Part shown: piece after piece, positions 21,032-31,812 of the stretch | How the letters are laid out: each line of letters opens with the position of its first letter | Position numbering within the stretch: the first letter of the stretch is position 1 | Assembly (NCBI GenBank): GCA_025062375.1 | Contig: JANXAG010000001.1 | Coordinates: forward strand, 50,922-114,921 | From: Anaerolineae bacterium | Lineage (GTDB): Bacteria > Chloroflexota > Anaerolineae > SpSt-600 | Length of the DNA stretch: 64,000 nt | Direction of reading: 5' to 3' | Notes under the pieces: generated by a model | Told to the model about the DNA's origin: nothing | Database searches by the model: none | The model's input: the letters and a program-made list of their open reading frames with translations, nothing else | Program-made: the position numbers and the translations under genes

Positions 21032-21666
21032 AGTGGAAAATTGACCTTCACCTCCACACTTATTATTCAAAGGATGGACTTTGCTCTCCAGCCCGGGTAG
21101 TTGAATTAAGCCAAGCCAGGGGTCTCGCAAAAATAGCGATAACCGACCATAACTCTATAGTTGGGGCTCTGGAGGCCAAGAAGATAGCCCCGGAGTTTGT
21201 GATAGTGGGTGAAGAGGTAAAAACAAAAAAGGGCGAGCTTTTGGCTCTTTTCATAGAAGAGGAAATTCCCCCGGGCCTTGACCCGCTGGAAACCATCCGT
21301 CGCATTAGAGAGCAGGGAGGGATAGTGGGGATTCCCCATCCCTTTGACCGGCTCCGGCGGGAAGCAATGGGCCATTATGCTCTGGAGATCATAGGGGAAG
21401 TGGATTTTTTGGAAGGGTTTAATGCGCGAACTATTTTCACTGCTGATGATGCTAAAGCTTTCCAGGTCGCGCTGGAAAGGGGCATTCCCGTTTCAGGGGG
21501 GAGCGACGCTCATACTCCTTGGGAGATAGGGATGGCGTGGGTTGAAGTGGAGCCTTTCAGAGGGGAAAAGGAGCTCCTGGAAGTATTGAGGAAAGGGAGA
21601 ATAACTGGTCGGAGAAGCCCTTTGTGGGTGCATATTTTCTCCACCTTAGCTAAGTTCAGGCAGTAA
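21028..21666 (+). CDS. PHP-domain metal-dependent phosphoesterase
   Basis: A 'DLHLHTYYSKDG' His-cluster start and 'ITDHN' are present. The start overlaps the xpt stop (ATGA). Confidence 0.75.
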   Translation: MKWKIDLHLHTYYSKDGLCSPARVVELSQARGLAKIAITDHNSIVGALEAKKIAPEFVIVGEEVKTKKGELLALFIEEEIPPGLDPLETIRRIREQGGIVGIPHPFDRLRREAMGHYALEIIGEVDFLEGFNARTIFTADDAKAFQVALERGIPVSGGSDAHTPWEIGMAWVEVEPFRGEKELLEVLRKGRITGRRSPLWVHIFSTLAKFRQ

Positions 21667-22949
21667 TGGTTCCCAGGAAATATTACCTCTGGTCCATAGG
21701 TTGTCAGATGAATGACGCTGATTCAGCCAGGGCGGCGGAAGCCTTGGAGCGAATGGGCTTCGTGAGGGTGGAAACGCCCTCTGAAGCTGATGTCCTTTTG
21801 CTTAATACTTGCGTGGTCCGCCAGAGCGCCGAAGATAAAGTAAGGGGGCATCTGGCGTCCCTCAAGGCAGTAAAACGCCGCCGGCCTGATGCTTTCCTTG
21901 CGGTAATGGGTTGTTTCGTGGACGATGCTCAACCCCTTTACGAGCAGTTTCCCTACGTGGATCTTTTCCTGCGCCCTTCCGATGTGGATGGATTTATCAA
22001 GGCTGTAAAAGAGCGGCTGGCTCTAGGCGATGGGTGGGTTAGGCCCCCTCTTCCTGCTCCCGTTTCCGTTTACGTCCCTGTAGTTTATGGCTGTGACCAT
22101 TTTTGCACCTATTGCATTGTGAGGCTCAGGCGGGGCAGACAGAAGAGTCGTCCTCTGGAGGAAATAGCCACTGAAGTAGAAGAGCTGGTTAAACGCGGAG
22201 CAAGGGAAGTAATCCTCCTGGGGCAGAATGTGAACTCTTATGGACGAGACCTCCCCGGGAAGCCGGATCTGGCTCAGCTTCTGGAGGCTATCCATCCGAT
22301 AAAAGGGCTGTGGCGCATACGTTTTCTTACCTCTCATCCTGCTGATATGAGCCCAAGGATCATTGAGACGGTTGCTAAACTTCCGAAAGTTTGTGAACAT
22401 TTTGAAATTCCCGTTCAATCCGGAGATGACCTCATCCTCAAGCGTATGGTCAGGGGCTACACGGTTGCTCAGTTCAGGGAATTGGTGCGGAAAATAAGGG
22501 AAACTATTCCCGGGGTGAGCCTTGCCACCGATGTCATTGTAGGTTTCCCCGGTGAAACAGAAGAGCAGTTCATGAACACTTATCGTTTGCTGGAGGAGAT
22601 AAGGTTTGATGTGGTGCACGTGGCAGCTTATTCCCCACGCCCTGGTACCGCTGCCTCTCGCCTGAAGGACGATGTCCCACCTGAAGAGAAAAAGCGCAGG
22701 CTTAAGCTTGTGGAGGAACTCCAGGAGAGGATCTCTTCGGAGATAAACGCTGGACTTATCGGCAAAGAGGTGGAAATACTGGTAGAGGGAAGGCGAAAGG
22801 GGCGATGGTTCGGAAGAACCAGGACCAATAAGCTAGTCTTCTTTGAGGATCCTGGTAACAGGGATGGCCAGATGGTAATGGTGAAGGTAGAGGAGGCGGG
22901 TTCCTGGTCCTTACGGGGGCGGTTTCTCCGGGTGGTTTCCGTGGAGTAA
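21666..22949 (+). CDS. miaB: tRNA (N6-isopentenyl-adenosine-37) methylthiotransferase MiaB
   Basis: The UPF0004 N-domain begins 'YLWSIGCQMNDADS'. The radical SAM motif is 'CDHFCTYC', and a TRAM C-terminus follows. Confidence 0.8.
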   Translation: MVPRKYYLWSIGCQMNDADSARAAEALERMGFVRVETPSEADVLLLNTCVVRQSAEDKVRGHLASLKAVKRRRPDAFLAVMGCFVDDAQPLYEQFPYVDLFLRPSDVDGFIKAVKERLALGDGWVRPPLPAPVSVYVPVVYGCDHFCTYCIVRLRRGRQKSRPLEEIATEVEELVKRGAREVILLGQNVNSYGRDLPGKPDLAQLLEAIHPIKGLWRIRFLTSHPADMSPRIIETVAKLPKVCEHFEIPVQSGDDLILKRMVRGYTVAQFRELVRKIRETIPGVSLATDVIVGFPGETEEQFMNTYRLLEEIRFDVVHVAAYSPRPGTAASRLKDDVPPEEKKRRLKLVEELQERISSEINAGLIGKEVEILVEGRRKGRWFGRTRTNKLVFFEDPGNRDGQMVMVKVEEAGSWSLRGRFLRVVSVE

Positions 22950-22954
22950 GAGCC

Positions 22955-23815
22955 ATGAGGATCGCTATCACTGGGAGCACAGGTCAGCTTGGCCGAGCTC
23001 TTATGGAAGTGTTAAGGGAAGATGAAGTTATGCCATTGGCCAGGCCGGAATGCGATATTACCTGGCTGGATTCCCTGAGGGATTGCTTTAGAAATTTCAA
23101 GCCTGAAGTTGTGATCCACACCGCTGCTTTTACGAATGTGGATGGATGCGAGCTGGAACCGGAAAGAGCATATGCTGTAAATGCCCTGGGAACCCGCAAC
23201 GTTGCGGTGGCTGCTCTAGAGTGTGATGCAGCTATGGTTTACGTCAGCACCAATGAAGTCTTTGACGGCACGTCTTCTGAGCCCTACTGGGAGTTCGATC
23301 GCCCGAACCCCGTTGGAGTGTATGGCCGGTCAAAATTGGCTGGGGAACAGTTCGTCCGGGAGATCCTCTCCCGCTTCTTTATCGTCCGCACCGCTTGGTT
23401 GTATTACCATGGGGGGAATAACTTTGTCACCAAAATAATCCGGGCCGCCGATGAGCGAGGCAGTCTCCGGGTCGTAACGGATGAAGTAAGCAATCCGACC
23501 TACGCTCTGGATTTGGCTGAAGCCATTTCCAGGCTTATCCGCACGAAATTTTACGGAACTTACCACTTTACCAACTCCGGCTATTGCTCCCGTTATGATT
23601 TTGCTAAGCTTATCTTGAAGCTATCAGGAAGGGAAAATGTGCCGGTAGAACCCATTACCTCTAAAGAATGGGTGAGGGTTGCGAAGCCACCCCTCTTCAC
23701 TCCGCTGCGGAACTTTGCGGGAGCACAAGTCGGGATAACTTTGAGATCCTGGGAGGAAGCTCTCAAGGCTTTCTTTGATAGGGAGCCGGGCCTGGTGAAA
23801 GGCCATGGGGGTTAA
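22955..23815 (+). CDS. rfbD: dTDP-4-dehydrorhamnose reductase
   Basis: The protein begins 'MRIAITGSTGQLGRAL' and has 'YxxxK' in an SDR fold. The ~286-aa length fits RmlD. Confidence 0.85.
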   Translation: MRIAITGSTGQLGRALMEVLREDEVMPLARPECDITWLDSLRDCFRNFKPEVVIHTAAFTNVDGCELEPERAYAVNALGTRNVAVAALECDAAMVYVSTNEVFDGTSSEPYWEFDRPNPVGVYGRSKLAGEQFVREILSRFFIVRTAWLYYHGGNNFVTKIIRAADERGSLRVVTDEVSNPTYALDLAEAISRLIRTKFYGTYHFTNSGYCSRYDFAKLILKLSGRENVPVEPITSKEWVRVAKPPLFTPLRNFAGAQVGITLRSWEEALKAFFDREPGLVKGHGG

Positions 23816-24767
23816 AATTTCAGTGGTTATACCCAACTGGAACGGAGAAAAGTTCTTGAGGGGATGCCTCCAATCCCTGAGGGGGCAGACCTTTGATTCT
23901 TTTGAGGTTATCCTGGTGGACAATGCTTCCACCGATGGCTCCCTGGCGCTGGTGGAAAGGGAATTCCCAGAGGTTAAAGTGGTGAGGCTTCCCCGGAACG
24001 CAGGCCTCACCGGAGGGGCCAATGCCGGGATAAAAATGGCACGGGGTGAGGTGATAGCTCTTTTGAACAACGATGCTGAAGCTCACCCTCGCTGGCTGGA
24101 GGCCCTCTGGAGTGCTTTGGAGAGGCATCCAGATGCGGGCATGGCGGCCAGCAAGATTTTGCTTTATGACCGAAGGGATATAATAAATTCCGCAGGGGAT
24201 TTCTACCGGCTTGACGGGATACCAGGGAACAGGGGTGTCTGGGAAAAGGACACAGGTCAATACGACCGGGAAGAATATGTTTTCGCAGCATGTGGGGGGG
24301 CGGCAGCTTACAGGAAAATCATGCTGAAAGAGATAGGAAATTTTGATGAAGATATGTTCATGTATTGTGAGGATGTAGATCTGGCTTGGCGGGCTCAGAT
24401 AGCCGGCTACAGGTGCATTTACACACCTGAAGCCATCGCTTACCACAGGCTCAGCGCCACAGGTGGAGGGAAGCTGGCCAGTTTCTACAACGGCCGCAAT
24501 TTCATCTACGTTCTGGCCAAGGATTATCCTGAGAGCCTCTTCCGCAAATACTGGCCTCTCATCCTTAAGGCTCAGCTTAAAATAACAGCCGATGCTTTAA
24601 GGGCGTGGCGTGGTGAGGCAGCCAGAGCCCGAATAAGAGGGCAGCTCGCCGGGCTAATGGCCATACCCATAGCACTATCCAAACGCAAAGCCGTTTACGC
24701 CCTGCGTCGCGTCCCTGATGCTTATCTGGAGTCTTTGCTTTTACATCCCCAAGGAGGTAATTCGTGA
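23805..24767 (+). CDS. Glycosyltransferase family 2 (rhamnosyltransferase-like)
   Basis: 'VVIPNWNG', 'VDNASTD' and a DxD region are present. Confidence 0.8.
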   Translation: MGVKISVVIPNWNGEKFLRGCLQSLRGQTFDSFEVILVDNASTDGSLALVEREFPEVKVVRLPRNAGLTGGANAGIKMARGEVIALLNNDAEAHPRWLEALWSALERHPDAGMAASKILLYDRRDIINSAGDFYRLDGIPGNRGVWEKDTGQYDREEYVFAACGGAAAYRKIMLKEIGNFDEDMFMYCEDVDLAWRAQIAGYRCIYTPEAIAYHRLSATGGGKLASFYNGRNFIYVLAKDYPESLFRKYWPLILKAQLKITADALRAWRGEAARARIRGQLAGLMAIPIALSKRKAVYALRRVPDAYLESLLLHPQGGNS

Positions 24768-26779
24768 AAGAGGTGAGAGGCGCTTGCCCACACGATTGCC
24801 CTGATACTTGCGCTTTCATAACTACAGTGGAGGGTGGACGAGCTGTTTCTATACGTGGTGACCCATCTCACCCCATAACTCAGGGGTTCCTCTGCGTCAA
24901 GCTCAACCACTATCTTGAATGGGTTTATAATCCCCGCCGTGTCCTTTACCCGTACCGGAGGATGGGGCCGAAGGGTTCCGGTCAGTTTGAGCGGATAACC
25001 TGGGAGGAGGCCCTCGGGCTAATATCTTCCCGTTTTCAGGAAATAATAGCTCGCTACGGCCCAGAAGCGATAATGCCTTACAACTATTCAGGAACCTTAG
25101 GGATCCTCAATTTCGGAAGTATGGATAGGAGGTTCTTCCACCGCCTTGGGGCTACCCGTCTCCTCTACACGATCTGCTCTTCAGCGGGAAAGGAAGGCTT
25201 CATCGCCACAACAGGCGCGGCTTTAGGGCCCGATCCCGAAGACATACCTATGGCCAGGCTTATAATCCTATGGGGAACCAACACTTTGACCAGCAACCCC
25301 CACTACTGGCCTTTGATCCAGAAAGCTCGCCGTCAGGGAGCTAAGCTCATTGTAATAGACCCGCGACGAACCCGAACGGCTTCCTTAGCCGATGTCCATA
25401 TACCTGTAAAGCCGGGAACTGACAGTGCTCTGGCTCTGGGATTGATGCATGTAATTATCCGGGAAAACCTCTACAATGCTGACTATGTGAGGCAGTTCAC
25501 TTTTGGCTTTGAAGCCCTTAAGGAAAGAGTAGCTTCCTACACTCCGGAAGCTGTGGCGGATATCACCGGTGTTCCCGTAAGCGATATAGAAGCCCTGGCG
25601 AGGCTTTATGCTGGGGTTCCTCGATCCCTCATCCGCCTCAATTATGGCCTTCAACGGCACACCAACGGGGGAATGGCCGTTCGGACTATAGCCTGCCTTC
25701 CAGGGCTTACGGGCGCATGGCTCTATCCTGGCTGTGGTGCTTTGCTTACCACCAGCGGTGCCTTTGCCATAAATCAGGAAAAACTCCAGCGGCCAGATCT
25801 TCTTCCTCATAGCTCCCGCATCGTTAATATGATTCACCTGGGCAAAGCCCTCACGGAACTTGACGACCCTCCGGTAAAGGCCCTTTTTGTTTACAACTCA
25901 GATCCCGCCAACTCAGCCCCTAATCGGGAACTGGTCATTAAAGGGCTTATGCGGGAAGACCTCTTCCTGGTAGTGCATGATATATTTTTCACTGATACCA
26001 CCCGCTTTGCCGATGTGGTCCTTCCGGCTACAAGCCAGCTTGAGAGGTTAGACCTTCACACTTCTTACGGCCACTACTATTTGAGCCTCAATCAGCCAGC
26101 CATAGAACCTCTCGGGGAAAGCGTCAGCAATACGGAGCTTTTCCGCCGGCTGGCCAGAGCCATGGGCTTTGAAGAAGAATGCTTCAGAGATTCCGATGAG
26201 GACCTTGTGGGTCAAGCCCTTGAAGGAATTGGGATAACGTGGGAAAGCCTGAAAGAGGCCGGGTGGGTTCGCCTGAACATCCCCAGACCCTTCATCCCCT
26301 TCGCTGAAGGGTTCCCAACTCCTTCCGGAAAGCTGGAATTTTACTCCCACCGGCTGGAGAAAATGGGCCTTGATCCGCTTCCCTACTACGAACCCCTTCC
26401 CCCAAGCTCTTATCCATTGATTTTCCTAACCCCGAGCGCCCACCACTTTCTTAACTCAAGCTTCGGGGCTGTGGATTCCCTTAGGGCAAAAGAGGGGCGC
26501 CCTGAGATCATAATCCATCCCCATGATGCTGAAGAGCGGGGCATCTCCGAAGGAGATCTGGTAAGAGTGTGGAACGAAAGGGGCGAATGTTACCTCTGGG
26601 CACGGGTAAGCTATGAAACAATTCAGGGGGTAGTGGTGAGCCCGAGCATATGGTGGGAGAGTTTTTCCCCCAGGAAGACAGGGGTCAATTCCACCACGCC
26701 AGACCTGGAAGCCGACCTTGGCCGGGGAGCAACTTTTTACACAAATTATGTGGAAATAGAAAAAGCAGGCGAGGAATAA
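24764..26779 (+). CDS. Molybdopterin (bis-MGD) oxidoreductase family catalytic subunit, substrate unknown
   Basis: An N-terminal Fe-S motif 'CPHDCPDTCAF' is followed by molybdopterin oxidoreductase and C-terminal MopB-binding domains. A GTG start lies 6 nt after AAGGAGG and overlaps the GT2 stop. There is no in-frame TGA. Confidence 0.8.
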   Translation: MKEVRGACPHDCPDTCAFITTVEGGRAVSIRGDPSHPITQGFLCVKLNHYLEWVYNPRRVLYPYRRMGPKGSGQFERITWEEALGLISSRFQEIIARYGPEAIMPYNYSGTLGILNFGSMDRRFFHRLGATRLLYTICSSAGKEGFIATTGAALGPDPEDIPMARLIILWGTNTLTSNPHYWPLIQKARRQGAKLIVIDPRRTRTASLADVHIPVKPGTDSALALGLMHVIIRENLYNADYVRQFTFGFEALKERVASYTPEAVADITGVPVSDIEALARLYAGVPRSLIRLNYGLQRHTNGGMAVRTIACLPGLTGAWLYPGCGALLTTSGAFAINQEKLQRPDLLPHSSRIVNMIHLGKALTELDDPPVKALFVYNSDPANSAPNRELVIKGLMREDLFLVVHDIFFTDTTRFADVVLPATSQLERLDLHTSYGHYYLSLNQPAIEPLGESVSNTELFRRLARAMGFEEECFRDSDEDLVGQALEGIGITWESLKEAGWVRLNIPRPFIPFAEGFPTPSGKLEFYSHRLEKMGLDPLPYYEPLPPSSYPLIFLTPSAHHFLNSSFGAVDSLRAKEGRPEIIIHPHDAEERGISEGDLVRVWNERGECYLWARVSYETIQGVVVSPSIWWESFSPRKTGVNSTTPDLEADLGRGATFYTNYVEIEKAGEE

Positions 26780-26791
26780 GGAGGGGAGCCT

Positions 26792-29485
26792 ATGAACTGG
26801 GCATCTCTTGAAATAGACGAAGTACTGAAACGCCTGGAAACTAATCCTGACACGGGCCTTTCTTCCGAAGAAGCCAAAAAACGCTTTGCCCACTATGGTC
26901 CTAACAAGCTTGAGGAACGAGAGGGCCCCAACCCCATTGCCATTTTCTTTTCCCAGTTTACCGAAATAATGGTCGTAATACTCCTCATCGCCTCGGCCAT
27001 TTCTTTCCTCCTGGGCGATGTGAAAGAAACCATCGCCATTCTGGTGATAGTTATCCTCAATGCTGTCCTTGGCTTTGTTCAGGAATACCGAGCGGAAAGA
27101 GCCCTGCAGCTACTGAGGAAACTGGCTACCCCTGTGGTGAAAGTTAAACGGGACGGCAGGATAAAGGAGATTCGTGCTGAAGAGCTCGTCCCTGGGGACA
27201 TAGTTCTCCTGGAAGCTGGAACCCGAGTCCAGGCAGACCTTCGCCTCATAGAAGCTATAAACCTGCGGACAGATGAAGCTCCCCTTACAGGAGAATCAAC
27301 CCCTGTAGACAAGAACGCCAGGGTTGTTCTCCCTCCCGAAACTCCTGTTTCCGATAGAGTCAACATGGCCTTTATGGGCACCGGAGTGACTTACGGCCGT
27401 GGTATGGGGGTCGTGGTGGAAACAGGGATGAGGACGGAGCTAGGCCGTATAGCCAGGATGATCCAGACCGTGAGGCGAGAGACTTCGCCCCTTCAGGAAA
27501 AGATGGCCCAGGTGGGCAAAGGGTTGGCAGTGGCTGCTGGAGTTCTGGTGTTAATAGTTTTCATCCTTGGTCTGTGGCGCGGTGAAGACCTCCACACCAT
27601 GTTTCTCACGGCTGTGAGCCTGGCAGTTGCCGCCGTTCCCGAAGGTTTACCAGCGGTGGTCACCATAACCCTTGCCCTGGGCGCTCAGAGAATGGTCAAG
27701 CGGAACGCTCTGATCCGCAAGCTTCCGGCTGTAGAGACCCTTGGCTCTGTAACGGTCATCTGCTCCGATAAAACCGGCACCCTTACCGAAAACCGCATGA
27801 CCGTGACCATTCTGGACGTAGCCGGAGAGACTCTGGATCTTACCGAAAAGCTTTCCAAAGTAGGGCCTTTCCTGGAAGTAGGCGAAAACATCTTGGAAGA
27901 AAAAAGCCAGGCGATCCATCTCCTCCTTGTGGGTGGAGCTCTCTGCAATGATTCTTACCTGGAACCAGACTCCATCAAACCTTCGCGATTCTATGCCAGA
28001 GGTGACCCCACCGAGGGGGCGATGGTGATAGCAGCAGCCAGATTTGGCCTCTGGAAAGACGAACTGGAGAAGCAAGCTCCCAGAGTCAGCGAAGTGCCCT
28101 TTACCTCTGAACGCAAACGCATGACCACCGTTCACAGGATTAACGATGATAACCTTATCCCATTCAACACCCCTTATGTTGCCTTTTGTAAAGGGGCGGT
28201 TTCAAGCCTCCTGGAAATTTCTTCCAGGGTCTGGAATGCAGACCACCCTGAACCTCTGGACGACAGCTGGCGAGAGCGCATCGTTAGGGCCGATACTAAC
28301 TTTGCTTCTCAAGGGATGAGAGTGCTGGGGGTGGCTTTCAGGCCTCTTGAAGAAATCCCAGATGAACCCGAAAAGGACATGATATTTGTGGGGATGATGG
28401 CGATGATAGACCCGCCCAGGCCTGAAGTAAAAGAGGCGGTAGCTAAGTGCAAGAGCGCTGGAATCCGCCCAGTAATGATAACAGGTGACCACCCTCAGAC
28501 TGCACTTTACATAGCCCGGCAGCTGGGAATGGATGAAGGAGGGGAAGTTATCACTGGAGCTGAGCTGGAGAAGATGACGGTGGAGGAATTAGAGGAAAAA
28601 GCGGAAAAAGTAACCGTTTATGCGCGTGTTTCTCCAGAGCACAAGCTGAAAATAGTGCAAGCCCTCCAGCGGCGGGGCCATATAGTGGCCATGACGGGCG
28701 ATGGAGTGAACGATGCGCCCGCCCTCAAGAAAGCGGACATCGGCGTAGCCATGGGCATAATGGGAACCGATGTCAGCAAAGAGGCCTCGGAGATGGTCCT
28801 TCTTGACGATAACTTTGCCACCATTGTGGCAGCGGTGGAAGAGGGTAGAGTCATTTACGATAATATCCGTAAATTCATAAAATACACCCTCTCCAGCAAC
28901 ACAGGGGAAATTTTCCTGATGCTGGTAGCTCCTCTTCTGGGAAGGCCCATGCCCCTTACTCCCCTTCAGATCCTCTGGATAAACCTGGTAACTGACGGTC
29001 TTCCCGGTTTGGCTTTCGGTTTTGACCCGGCCGAGCCCGACACAATGAAGCGTCCTCCAAGGCCGCCTGGGGAAAACGTCTTTGCGAAATTGTGGAAATA
29101 CATCCTGCTAGTGGGGTCTCTTATGGGCTTCACAGCTCTCCTCCCCGCGCTCCTCTCCATTGGGTCTGAGGCAAGCTGGCGAACCATGGTGTTCACCACC
29201 TTAGCCTTAGCCCAGATGGGCAACGCTCTGGTAATCCGATCTGAAAAAGAATCCATTTTCCGGATAGGATTCACCTCCAACCCAATCCTTCTGGTCGCGG
29301 TATTCCTGACCTTTATCCTCCAGCTCATGGTAATATACATCCCACCCTTGCAGAAAGTTTTCAAGACGGTAGCCCTCAGCTGGTGGGAGCTCCTGATAAG
29401 CCTTGCCCTCGCTTCAATAGTCTTCTGGACCATTGAACTGGCGAAGTGGCTGAGGCGGGAGATTGATAAATCCCGTGTGACCTGA
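26792..29485 (+). CDS. P-type cation-transporting ATPase, P2 (Ca2+-type)
   Basis: 'DKTGTLT' (phospho-Asp), '[17 protein letters not shown]' and 'PEGLP' are present. Ten TM segments are predicted over ~897 aa. Confidence 0.9.
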   Translation: MNWASLEIDEVLKRLETNPDTGLSSEEAKKRFAHYGPNKLEEREGPNPIAIFFSQFTEIMVVILLIASAISFLLGDVKETIAILVIVILNAVLGFVQEYRAERALQLLRKLATPVVKVKRDGRIKEIRAEELVPGDIVLLEAGTRVQADLRLIEAINLRTDEAPLTGESTPVDKNARVVLPPETPVSDRVNMAFMGTGVTYGRGMGVVVETGMRTELGRIARMIQTVRRETSPLQEKMAQVGKGLAVAAGVLVLIVFILGLWRGEDLHTMFLTAVSLAVAAVPEGLPAVVTITLALGAQRMVKRNALIRKLPAVETLGSVTVICSDKTGTLTENRMTVTILDVAGETLDLTEKLSKVGPFLEVGENILEEKSQAIHLLLVGGALCNDSYLEPDSIKPSRFYARGDPTEGAMVIAAARFGLWKDELEKQAPRVSEVPFTSERKRMTTVHRINDDNLIPFNTPYVAFCKGAVSSLLEISSRVWNADHPEPLDDSWRERIVRADTNFASQGMRVLGVAFRPLEEIPDEPEKDMIFVGMMAMIDPPRPEVKEAVAKCKSAGIRPVMITGDHPQTALYIARQLGMDEGGEVITGAELEKMTVEELEEKAEKVTVYARVSPEHKLKIVQALQRRGHIVAMTGDGVNDAPALKKADIGVAMGIMGTDVSKEASEMVLLDDNFATIVAAVEEGRVIYDNIRKFIKYTLSSNTGEIFLMLVAPLLGRPMPLTPLQILWINLVTDGLPGLAFGFDPAEPDTMKRPPRPPGENVFAKLWKYILLVGSLMGFTALLPALLSIGSEASWRTMVFTTLALAQMGNALVIRSEKESIFRIGFTSNPILLVAVFLTFILQLMVIYIPPLQKVFKTVALSWWELLISLALASIVFWTIELAKWLRREIDKSRVT

Positions 29486-29640
29486 AGCAATCTACAGCCT
29501 GCAGGTAGGCAGAGTCTCGTTATCCGTCAAAATTGAGGGCAGGAGGGCTTGAGGGCTTTGACCAGGCCTGTGAAACTGCCAGTTAGAGGACATCTCGCTT
29601 GCCCTCTGGTGATTGGTTCTTCTTCACCAGCCTGATTTGA

Positions 29641-29670
29641 TTGACAAACCTGACAAGCATGCGATATAAT
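29641..29670 (+). promoter_or_regulatory. Sigma70 promoter with perfect consensus hexamers TTGACA (29641-29646) and TATAAT (29665-29670), 18-nt spacer, driving def
   Basis: Exact consensus hexamers 20 nt upstream of the def ATG. The leader is very short. Confidence 0.6.
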
Positions 29671-29690
29671 CCTGACAAAAGGTGCAAGAT

Positions 29691-30200
29691 ATGGTGCGGA
29701 GAATTCTTACAGGAGACGACCCGCGTCTGCGGGTTAAATCGAGAGAGGTCACTCAATTTAATCAGGAGCTCAAAGCCCTCATTCAGGACATGATAGATAC
29801 CATGAGGGCAGCGAAGGGTATTGGCCTTGCGGCTATTCAGATAGGAGTTCCCTTTAGGGTAATCGTGGTAGAACTTCCGCCAGAAGAAGGAAACGGTAAA
29901 AGCCGCGTTCTTGCTCTTGTAAACCCTGAGATAGTTAAAATGGAAGGCGAGGAGGAAACAGAAGAGGGCTGCCTTTCCCTTCCCGGCATCGTAGGAGATG
30001 TTAAAAGAGCAGCCTATGTAGAAGTTAGGGCCCGGACTCCTAACGGCAAAAAGGTTCGGATAAAAGCCTCTGGCCTTCTATCAAGAGTTCTCCAGCATGA
30101 GATTGACCACACTAACGGAATACTGTTCACGGATCGCATAAGCGATCCAGCCAAGATTCGTTATGTGGAAGCTGAGGAAGTAGGTGCTGGAGAAATTTGA
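29691..30200 (+). CDS. def: Peptide deformylase
   Basis: The three PDF motifs 'GIGLAAIQIG', 'EGCLSLPG' and 'HEIDH' are present. I preferred the ATG at 29691 over the GTG at 29682. Confidence 0.9.
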   Translation: MVRRILTGDDPRLRVKSREVTQFNQELKALIQDMIDTMRAAKGIGLAAIQIGVPFRVIVVELPPEEGNGKSRVLALVNPEIVKMEGEEETEEGCLSLPGIVGDVKRAAYVEVRARTPNGKKVRIKASGLLSRVLQHEIDHTNGILFTDRISDPAKIRYVEAEEVGAGEI

Positions 30201-31131
30201 GGGCTGCCTCATTGGCCTTGCCATAGGCGATGCCCTGGGGATGCCTGTAGAAGGTTTGCCCCCTGAAATAATTCGGAAGCGATACGGAAAAGTAGAAGAT
30301 TTCCTCCCTGCTCCAGACCGAAAACTCGGCCCCGGCCAGTTTACCGATGATACTCAGATGATGGTAATCCACGCTGAAAGCATTGTAGAAAAGGGGGAAA
30401 TTGATCCCGAAGACCTGGCTTTGCGGTTCGTGCGCTGGGTGAAAAGCGGAAGCCCCAGAGGTATCGGGCTCACAACCCTTAGAGCTATTAAGCGACTCGC
30501 GAAAGGGGCAAGCTGGAAAGAAAGCGGTGAGGAAGGGGAATTTGCTGCTGGCAACGGAGTGGCCATGCGCATCGCCCCCGTGGGTCTGTTGAACGCCTGG
30601 ACCCTCGAAAGGCTTGAGGAGGATGTTGAAAAAGCAGGGGCAATAACCCACCGCAACCCTGAAGCTTTGAAGGGAGGGTTAGCTGTAGCTTACGCCGTGG
30701 CAAAGCTGGTCTCGGGAGTAAGCCTTGGAAGTTTCCTGGAAGATGTGTGTGAATTTTTAGGACCCTCTAAGGTTACAGAAAACCTCCGGAAAGCTGGAGA
30801 ACTCCTCAGCAGAGATGTTGAACCAGAACAAGCTCTGGAAATCCTGGGGACCAGTGGCTATGTGGTGGAGACGGTGGCTTCTGCCTTTTACTGTTTCCTT
30901 AAAACCCCCGAGGACTTTAAAGCCTCCGTCACGGCAGCCGTAATGGGTGGGAACGATGCCGATACCACCGCTGCCATTGCTGGAGCTCTGAGCGGCGCTT
31001 TCAACGGCATTTTGGCCATTCCCGCGCACTGGGTGGAAAAGGTAGAGGAAGGGCCTTACATAAGAAAGCTGGCCCGAGCAATCTATGAGCTCGCTCTGAA
31101 GAGAAAGGAGCAGGGTCTATGGAACCCTTAG
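30184..31131 (+). CDS. ADP-ribosylglycohydrolase family protein (DraG/ARH-like)
   Basis: 'IGLAIGDALG', 'DDTQM', 'GNGVAMR' and 'GGNDADTTAAIAGALSGA' are present. The start overlaps the def 3' end by 17 nt. Confidence 0.85.
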   Translation: MLEKFEGCLIGLAIGDALGMPVEGLPPEIIRKRYGKVEDFLPAPDRKLGPGQFTDDTQMMVIHAESIVEKGEIDPEDLALRFVRWVKSGSPRGIGLTTLRAIKRLAKGASWKESGEEGEFAAGNGVAMRIAPVGLLNAWTLERLEEDVEKAGAITHRNPEALKGGLAVAYAVAKLVSGVSLGSFLEDVCEFLGPSKVTENLRKAGELLSRDVEPEQALEILGTSGYVVETVASAFYCFLKTPEDFKASVTAAVMGGNDADTTAAIAGALSGAFNGILAIPAHWVEKVEEGPYIRKLARAIYELALKRKEQGLWNP

Positions 31132-31463
31132 TGCTCAAGGCCGAGTCTATCCCGTGGCAGCCACATTCCAGATTCCAGGGAGTGTGGACCAAAATTATGG
31201 TTTCAAGCCGGGCGAATCCGGCTATGAGCCTTCATCTAGTGAAAATAGAGCCAGGTAGTGCCATCGCACCTCACATTCATCCCGATTCTACGGAGACTTT
31301 TACGGTTATTTCCGGCAGGGGCCTTTGCGTTGTGGGAGGCCAGGAATTCAATTTTGGCCCTGGAGATTGCGCTGTCGCCCCTGCCGGGGTTGAGCATGGA
31401 TTGCGTAATACAGGGGATGACCCCATAATCCTTCTGGCTATATTTACCCCACCACTGGTTTAG
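31119..31463 (+). CDS. Cupin-2 domain protein
   Basis: 'HIHPDSTETFTVISG' and 'APAGVEHG' give a two-His cupin motif. Confidence 0.7.
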   Translation: MEPLVLKAESIPWQPHSRFQGVWTKIMVSSRANPAMSLHLVKIEPGSAIAPHIHPDSTETFTVISGRGLCVVGGQEFNFGPGDCAVAPAGVEHGLRNTGDDPIILLAIFTPPLV

Positions 31464-31473
31464 AGGGGAAGCT

Positions 31474-31812
31474 ATGGAGAAAGTGATAAACGTAAAAGAC
31501 GCTGCGGGCCACATAAGAGAACCTTTTACCCGCTACGTCCTGGCCGATGTGGACGACTACAGGGCTTACCTCAGCCGCTTTGAAGGGGATTATGTCTTCC
31601 ACCGCCACCCCCAGGATGAGCTCTACCTGGTCCTGGAAGGGGAAATTACCATTGACTTGCCCGATGGCAATTCCCTCACCCTTAAAGAGGGCGATCTCTG
31701 GGTAGCAAAAGCCCATCAGATCCACCGCACCCGTTCTGAGAAAGGTGCTTTAGTTCTCATGTTTAAAGCCAAAGGTTTGCCCTCAGAAATTCTTAATCAG
31801 GAGAAGCACTGA
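31474..31812 (+). CDS. Cupin-domain protein
   Basis: 'HRHPQDELYLVLEGE' and 'AHQIHR' are present. Confidence 0.6.
   Translation: MEKVINVKDAAGHIREPFTRYVLADVDDYRAYLSRFEGDYVFHRHPQDELYLVLEGEITIDLPDGNSLTLKEGDLWVAKAHQIHRTRSEKGALVLMFKAKGLPSEILNQEKH

Noticed and set aside
24764-26779. Selenocysteine-containing formate-dehydrogenase-like enzyme
   Set aside because: The MopB ORF has no in-frame TGA and no SECIS-like hairpin is evident. It is treated as a Cys/Ser-type molybdoenzyme of unknown substrate.
29682-29690. GTG start at 29682 for def as given by the ORF track
   Set aside because: It would place the start codon only ~12 nt after the -10 hexamer. The ATG at 29691 gives the canonical Def N-terminus and fits the AAGGTG site.
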